Source: Anaerolineales bacterium
GTDB lineage: Bacteria; Chloroflexota; Anaerolineae; JAAEKA01
Direction: 5' to 3'
Assembly (NCBI GenBank): GCA_034432445.1
Contig: DAOUBX010000124.1
Coordinates: 8,571 to 72,570 of the forward strand
DNA length: 64,000 bases
Shown here: positions 58,454-64,000 of the stretch, one piece after another
Position numbering within the stretch: position 1 is the stretch's first letter
How the letters are laid out: each line of letters begins with the position of its first letter
Notes under the pieces: generated by a model
Seen by the model: the letters and a program-made list of their open reading frames with translations, nothing else
Database searches by the model: none
Told to the model about the DNA's origin: nothing
Made by a program: the position numbers and the translations under genes

Positions 58454-59212
58454 CTACCGCTCCGCCATCCCAGCATTGATGCGCGCGGCCAGAAAGCCGG
58501 CGCCAAAGCCATTGTCGATGTTCACCACGGCCACGCCCGCGGCGCAACTGTTGAGCATCGCCAGCAAGGCCGCCAGTCCGCCGAAGCTGGCGCCGTAGCC
58601 GACCGACGTGGGCACGGCGATCACCGGCGCAGCCACCAAGCCGCCGATCACGCTGGCCAGCGCGCCCTCCATGCCGGCCACCACGACCACGACCTTGGCC
58701 GCCTGCAAGATGGGCAGGTGCGGCAGCAGCCGATGCAAGCCGGCCACGCCGACGTCGTAGATGCGCTCCACGCTGTGACCCATCAGGTCGAGGGTTAGGG
58801 CAGCCTCCTCGGCCACGGGTAGGTCGCTCGTACCCGCGGCGGCGATCACGACGCCCGGCTTGCGCGGCCGGTCGGGTTGGCGGTCCAGCCAGATGGCGCG
58901 CGCAGCTTCATGGAACTGCAAGTCAGGCGTCTGGCCGCGCGCCGTCTCGAACTGCGCGCGCGTGGCGCGCGTGCCCAGAACTTGTGCGCTGCGCGCCGCC
59001 AGTTGCGCCAGAATCTGCGCCACCTGCTCGTTGCTCTTGCCGGGGCAGTAGACCACCTCGGGAAATCCCCAACGCAAAGCGCGGTGGCTGTCCAGGGTGG
59101 CAAAACCCAGTTCTTCGTAGGGTAAAGCGCGCAGGGCTTGCACGGCTTGGTCAACGGGCGTCTGCCCACCGGCAACCGCTTCCAGCAGTTGACGGATGCT
59201 GTTCTCATCCAT
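58454..59212 (-). CDS. larB: nickel-pincer cofactor biosynthesis protein LarB (PurE-like carboxylase/hydrolase)
   Basis: MDENSIRQLLEAVAGGQ…PEVVYCPGKS…PurE-like C-terminal half. Start chosen at Met 59212. Confidence 0.7.
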   Translation of the reverse strand: MDENSIRQLLEAVAGGQTPVDQAVQALRALPYEELGFATLDSHRALRWGFPEVVYCPGKSNEQVAQILAQLAARSAQVLGTRATRAQFETARGQTPDLQFHEAARAIWLDRQPDRPRKPGVVIAAAGTSDLPVAEEAALTLDLMGHSVERIYDVGVAGLHRLLPHLPILQAAKVVVVVAGMEGALASVIGGLVAAPVIAVPTSVGYGASFGGLAALLAMLNSCAAGVAVVNIDNGFGAGFLAARINAGMAER

Positions 59213-59278
59213 GCGAGCTAGGATAGCTGATTTGTCCCCCGATGTCAAAGCTGTTCCTCCCCTCATGGCTCTTGTGGT

Positions 59279-60466
59279 TCACGCAGCCAACGGATAACGG
59301 CCAAACTCTTCCACTGCGTCTACCATGGCCAGGATGTTCTCCGCCGGCACGTCGTTCATGATCGTGTGCACCGAGGCCACCATGTAGCCGCCGCCGGGGC
59401 CGAGCAGGTTGATGACGCGGCGCACCTCTTCGCGCACCGCAGCGGGCGTGCCGTGCGGCAGGATGTGGTGCGTGTCGATGGCCCCGCAGAAGACCATGTT
59501 TCTCCCGTACTGTTTCTTCAACTCGGCCAGGTTGGCCATGCGGCCGGCTGAGGTCTGGATCGGGTTGAGGATGTCGACGCCTATCTCGATGAAGTCCGGG
59601 ATCAGGTCGAACACATCGCCGTCGGTGTGGAAGAAGACCTTGGCGTGGGTGCGCTCCTTGATGAAGGCGATGAACTCGGCGTGCAGCGGCTTGAGCAGCC
59701 GGCGGTACATGCGCGGGGAGATCAGCAGCCCGCTCTGCATGCCTAGGTCGTCGCCGATCTTGATGATGTCGATCAGGTCGCCGCACTCGGCCAGAAAGTG
59801 GCCCATCAGCGTCTTGCACAGGTCGGTGATCTTGCGCAACAAGGCTGCGGCGAACTCCGGCTCGGTCGCCATGTGCATCAGGAACTTGTCCATGCCCTGC
59901 ATGGCGTGGGCGCGCTCGAAGGGGAAGAGTAGCCAGGGCGTGGCCATGATGGCGTACTCGCCTTCGTTGACAAGTTGCTGCGCCTGCATGCGCACATGGG
60001 CAACGCGTGTGGGGTCGTCCATGTCCGGCCAGGGATAGCGCTCGATCTCCTCGATGGTGGTGGCGTTGGCCAGGGGATGCACACCGGGGAACCAAGAGCC
60101 GTCCTCCATCTCGCGCTGGCCGCTGCCCCATGAGTCGACAAAGGGCGCATGAGGCGGCCGCCGGCGATTGCGCTCCAGCACCTCCGCCGGCTCCAGGTCC
60201 AGCACCCCGCGCACATCGCTGTGCAGTCGGCGCATGGTGGTCTCGTCGATGGCCGCCGTGCCCAGCTCTGGCCACTCGTAGATGTAGTTGTCCGGTGCGT
60301 CGATGCCCAACAGCCGCTTCAGCTCACGGTAAGGCTTCATCTTGATGCCGGTGGCGTTGCTCACGCCGATGCAGATCGGCACGCGATCGGGTTCTTCGTG
60401 GTTGATGGCTGCAAGGACACGGTCCCGTGGTTTCATCGCACTCAGCCTCGAAAGAAAGGACTCCAC
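59279..60466 (-). CDS. uroporphyrinogen-decarboxylase-family (URO-D/MtaA-like) protein
   Basis: A full-length URO-D-like TIM-barrel pattern is present (…RVPICIG…FHTDGDVFDLIPDFIEIGVD…). Confidence 0.6.
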   Translation of the reverse strand: MESFLSRLSAMKPRDRVLAAINHEEPDRVPICIGVSNATGIKMKPYRELKRLLGIDAPDNYIYEWPELGTAAIDETTMRRLHSDVRGVLDLEPAEVLERNRRRPPHAPFVDSWGSGQREMEDGSWFPGVHPLANATTIEEIERYPWPDMDDPTRVAHVRMQAQQLVNEGEYAIMATPWLLFPFERAHAMQGMDKFLMHMATEPEFAAALLRKITDLCKTLMGHFLAECGDLIDIIKIGDDLGMQSGLLISPRMYRRLLKPLHAEFIAFIKERTHAKVFFHTDGDVFDLIPDFIEIGVDILNPIQTSAGRMANLAELKKQYGRNMVFCGAIDTHHILPHGTPAAVREEVRRVINLLGPGGGYMVASVHTIMNDVPAENILAMVDAVEEFGRYPLAA

Positions 60467-60579
60467 AGCTCACTTGCAGCAACGCCGGCAGAACCGGGAG
60501 TCCACGGAATGGATACCGTCGCAAGGTTCCCACGAGTTCCAGTGAGTTCCTACAAGTTCCGATGGGATCCTGGACGCTT

Positions 60580-61899
60580 CTAATCCTTCGTATACGGCTG
60601 GCCGTCGGCCGCCGGCGCCACCGTCCTGCCGACCACACCGGCCAGCACGATCATGGTCACCAGGTAGGGCAAGATCAGTAGCCACTCGGAGGGAATGGGT
60701 ACCTGGGTCTTGCCCAACACCTGTAAGCGCGCCTGCAAAGCGTCGGCGAAGCCAAAGATCAGCGACGCACCGTAGGCCCCGAACGGCGTCCAGCGGCCGA
60801 AGATCATGGCAGCCAGGCCGATGAAGCCCTTGCCAGCCGTGATGGCCTCGTCGAAACGGCCCACCGAGCCGATGGTGAAGTAGGATCCGCCGATGCCGGC
60901 GATCATGGCGCCGATGATGACGTTCACGTAGCGGATCTTGAACACATTGACGCCCAGGGTGTCGGCGGCGCGGGGGTGTTCACCGACGGCGCGTGTGCGC
61001 AGGCCCCAGCGGGTGTAGAACAGCATGAAGTGAATGGCAATGACCGTGACGAAGAGGATGTAGACGATCGGCGTCTGGTTGAAGAAGACCGGCCCGAGGA
61101 TCGGAATCTGCGACAGCCCGGGAATGGCGACCTTGGGGAACACACCGCCGGAGTTCAGCGCAGGGATGGGCTGCAAAAAGCGCTGGCTGATAAAGCTGGT
61201 GATGCCCAAGGCAAAGATGTTGATGGCCGTGCCGGCAATGATCTGATCAACCCGGAAGTGGATGGCCATGATCGCCAAAAACACACCCAGGATGCCGCTG
61301 GCGATGACTGCGCTGACCAGCCCGAGCCAGAGACTGCCGCTGACGCTGGCGAAGATAACCGCCACCATGGCGCCGGTCAGCATCATACCCTCGATGGCGA
61401 TGTTGACAACGCCTGATCGCTCACACATCACGCCGCTCATGGCGCCGAAGGCGATGGGTGTGGCTGCCGCCACGGTGAAGGTGAGAATCCCCAGCAAGTT
61501 GATGGACTTGTCGCGCACCGCCCAGACCAGGAAGGCAAAGACGAACAGCAGCGCCACGAAGCCGAGGACCAGCACGACCCGCTTGAAACCGCGGATGATC
61601 TGGTAGAGCCCCAGCACGCCGACAATGGCAGCCAGCACGATCAGTGTCTGGTAGGTGGGCAGCACCCAATCGGGCAATTCCAGCACCTTCTCCTTGGTGG
61701 TTGGATTGAGTTTGAAGGTGCTCTCCATGCCCGGTGCGCTGTTGCGCACGAAGAAAAAGAAGATGGCAGCGGCTACCAGTAGGAAGAACACGCCATAGGC
61801 AATGGCCTTGCGCCGCGCGCGGCGTGCCGCATAGGAGCCCACTGAAGCAATTGGAGCTGTAGTTACGGCCATAACGATTACCTCTCTCGCAACTGGCAA
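60580..61899 (-). CDS. ABC transporter permease (sugar/nucleoside, BMP-type system)
   Basis: About 10 TM helices and a permease EAA-like loop. Confidence 0.7.
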   Translation of the reverse strand: MPVAREVIVMAVTTAPIASVGSYAARRARRKAIAYGVFFLLVAAAIFFFFVRNSAPGMESTFKLNPTTKEKVLELPDWVLPTYQTLIVLAAIVGVLGLYQIIRGFKRVVLVLGFVALLFVFAFLVWAVRDKSINLLGILTFTVAAATPIAFGAMSGVMCERSGVVNIAIEGMMLTGAMVAVIFASVSGSLWLGLVSAVIASGILGVFLAIMAIHFRVDQIIAGTAINIFALGITSFISQRFLQPIPALNSGGVFPKVAIPGLSQIPILGPVFFNQTPIVYILFVTVIAIHFMLFYTRWGLRTRAVGEHPRAADTLGVNVFKIRYVNVIIGAMIAGIGGSYFTIGSVGRFDEAITAGKGFIGLAAMIFGRWTPFGAYGASLIFGFADALQARLQVLGKTQVPIPSEWLLILPYLVTMIVLAGVVGRTVAPAADGQPYTKD

Positions 61900-61916
61900 C
61901 TAACCATTGACAATTG

Positions 61917-63188
61917 TTACGATCCCCATCCCTTGGTAAACACCGGTCCTTCTTGCACCGTTGTCTTGCGTAGGCGATAGATGGCACGGATGATCTCCGG
62001 CGCGGCGATGAAGACGATCACCAGGGCGATGACGATCGTGATGATGTCCACCGGGATCTGTGCCACCGACTGCATGCGGGTGGCGCCGTTCTTCAGCGTG
62101 CCGAAGAGCAAGGCGGCCAGCAACACGCCCACGGGGTGGTTCCTGCCCAGCAGCGCCAGCGCAATGGCGTCGAAGCCCATGCCGGCGGAGAAGCCGACGC
62201 CGACCCAGCGGTCCACGGCCAACGTTTGTACCATACCGGCCGTGCCCGCCAGCGAGCCGCTGATGGCCATGATGACGATCCACAGTCGCTTGACGTTGAT
62301 GCCGCTATAGCGGGCCGCCCTGGGGTTGGCGCCCACCATGCGTATCTGAAAGCCCAGCGTAGATTTATATAGGAGCCACCAGACCAACCAGACCGCAAAG
62401 AGGGCCAGGAAAAAGCCGGCGTGGAAGCGGTTGCCCGGCGTATCGAAGAACCGAGGAATCCAAGCCGTTGGCAGCACCGGCGGCGTGACCGGCACATCGG
62501 GTCGCGCCATGGGACCGCCCACCTTGAGCAGCCAGGAGCTCAAGATGATGGCAATCCAGTTCATCATGATGCTGTTGATCACCTCATGGGCGCCAGTGTA
62601 GGCTTTCAGTGCGCCGACGATGGCCGCCCAGATTGCCCCGCCGGCGATACCGGCCAGCATGGCCAAGGGGAGGTGTACGAGCCAGGGCAAGCCTGTAACC
62701 TTGAAGCCGATGTAGACCGAGCACAGCGCGCCCACCAGCATTTGGCCCTCGCCGCCGATGTTGAACAGGCCACCCTGAAAGGCAAAGGCCACGGCCAGGC
62801 CGGCGAAGATATAGGGCACGGATTGGGTGAGGCTCTCGGCCAAGGGCACCAGGGCGATAGACAGTTGTTGCGTGCCTTCTCCGCGCAGCATGGCGCCGAT
62901 GCCCTGGATGATTCCGCCGATGTTTAGGGAACCGTTGAACATGGCGCCGTAAGCCTTGCCCACCGTCTGCACCGTCAGACGCAGCGTGCCCAGGGGGTCG
63001 TCAAAGAAGTGTAACCAGGCGTTGACGACGTCCTTGTCGGTGATCAAGATCAGGATCGCGCCGATTACCAGCGCGGTGAAAACAGCCAACACGGGGTAGA
63101 GAATCGCATCCCCAATCCGGGCGCTTTTGACCTTGGGGGGAGTGTCTTGTGCAGCGGTGGAGGCAACGGGCGTGGTCGTTTCGGTCAT
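61917..63188 (-). CDS. ABC transporter permease (sugar/nucleoside type)
   Basis: Polytopic; paired with the adjacent permease and ATPase genes. Confidence 0.7.
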   Translation of the reverse strand: MTETTTPVASTAAQDTPPKVKSARIGDAILYPVLAVFTALVIGAILILITDKDVVNAWLHFFDDPLGTLRLTVQTVGKAYGAMFNGSLNIGGIIQGIGAMLRGEGTQQLSIALVPLAESLTQSVPYIFAGLAVAFAFQGGLFNIGGEGQMLVGALCSVYIGFKVTGLPWLVHLPLAMLAGIAGGAIWAAIVGALKAYTGAHEVINSIMMNWIAIILSSWLLKVGGPMARPDVPVTPPVLPTAWIPRFFDTPGNRFHAGFFLALFAVWLVWWLLYKSTLGFQIRMVGANPRAARYSGINVKRLWIVIMAISGSLAGTAGMVQTLAVDRWVGVGFSAGMGFDAIALALLGRNHPVGVLLAALLFGTLKNGATRMQSVAQIPVDIITIVIALVIVFIAAPEIIRAIYRLRKTTVQEGPVFTKGWGS

Positions 63189-63228
63189 AACATTGCTCCT
63201 CGAATGACCTGCAGATGAATGGGGCCCC

Positions 63229-64000
63229 TTACGTGACGATCTCGCGTTCCTTGGTCACCGACCGAGGCGCGTTGGCCAGCGCCTCTTCCAGGCAGTTGCC
63301 GGCCATCATCAGCCCCACTTGTTCCTTGGACACGTCGTCGGCGTTGACTACCGCCGTGAACTTTCCCTTGAACATGACGGCAATGCGGTCGGAAAGGCCC
63401 ATGATTTCGTCGAGCTCAGCCGAGACCAGCAACACGGCGGTGCCTTCATCGCGTTTGTGCACCAGTTGCTTGTGAATGAACTCAATCGAACCGACGTCCA
63501 ACCCGCGCGTGGGTTGATTCGCAATCAACAGCTTGATCGGCCGGTTCAGCTCGCGTGCTACGATCACCTTTTGTTGGTTACCGCCGGAGAGGTTAGAGAC
63601 GGGTACAGCGGCGCTGGGTGTGCGGATGTCGAACTGCTGGATCAAACCATTGGCCTGGTCGATAATGGCCTGTCGGTTCACGACCATGCCTTTGGCAAAG
63701 GGTGGACGATAAAAGGTGTTGATGACGAGATTGTCGTGCACCGGGAACGGCAGCACCAGACCATCTGCTTGCCGGTCTTCTGGGATGTGCGATACGCCGC
63801 ACTCGGTGATGACGCGCGGGCTGGCGTTGGTCACGTCTCGGCCGTTGATGAGCACCTTGCCGTCCTGCACGGTGCGCAGACCGGTCAGCGCCTCCACCAG
63901 CTCAGTCTGGCCGTTGCCCTGCACGCCGGCCACGCCCACGATCTCGCCGGCGTGGACCTCCAGACTGGCGCCATCCACGGCCACTTGCAGACGGTTGTCC
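63229..64000 (-). CDS. ABC transporter ATP-binding protein, second (C-terminal) ABC domain; the 5' part lies beyond the window end
   Basis: Signature LSGGNQQKV, a Walker B site and a D-loop are present, with the degenerate Walker A typical of RbsA/MglA second halves. The ORF stays open to position 64000. Confidence 0.75.
   Translation of the reverse strand, partial: DNRLQVAVDGASLEVHAGEIVGVAGVQGNGQTELVEALTGLRTVQDGKVLINGRDVTNASPRVITECGVSHIPEDRQADGLVLPFPVHDNLVINTFYRPPFAKGMVVNRQAIIDQANGLIQQFDIRTPSAAVPVSNLSGGNQQKVIVARELNRPIKLLIANQPTRGLDVGSIEFIHKQLVHKRDEGTAVLLVSAELDEIMGLSDRIAVMFKGKFTAVVNADDVSKEQVGLMMAGNCLEEALANAPRSVTKEREIVT

Overview
This is a high-GC (~65-70%) bacterial chromosome window, most likely from a Chloroflexota-type genome (two Chlor_Arch_YYY/TIGR03662-like membrane proteins plus TIGR03663-like GT-C partners). 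Coding is dense. The core is a histidine-biosynthesis operon (hisD, hisC, hisB, hisH) that has been opened at several points by accessory insertions: a toxin-antitoxin (TA) island of MNT and AbiEii-family genes; a five-gene island carrying an HNH nuclease and a C39-like peptidase; hicAB; and a DUF402-like gene that is translationally coupled inside the operon. Other content includes secreted carbohydrate-active and protease genes (a pectate-lyase-like lipoprotein, a frameshifted GH18 chitinase-like gene, a 1710-aa S8 subtilase, a 2x-HKD phospholipase-D-family protein with four OB-fold repeats), a two-component system, an NrfBCD-like module (octahaem cytochrome, Fe-S protein, NrfD-like membrane protein), a 766-aa PHP + AlbA_2 + triple-repeat protein, larC-larE-larB nickel-pincer cofactor genes, and an ABC transporter. 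Several families of short DNA repeats recur in the window, both between genes and in-frame inside the giant membrane-protein genes. No rRNA, tRNA or CRISPR array was found. Two secreted-protein genes (the GH18 gene and the 7770-10339 gene) carry apparent +/-1 frameshifts.
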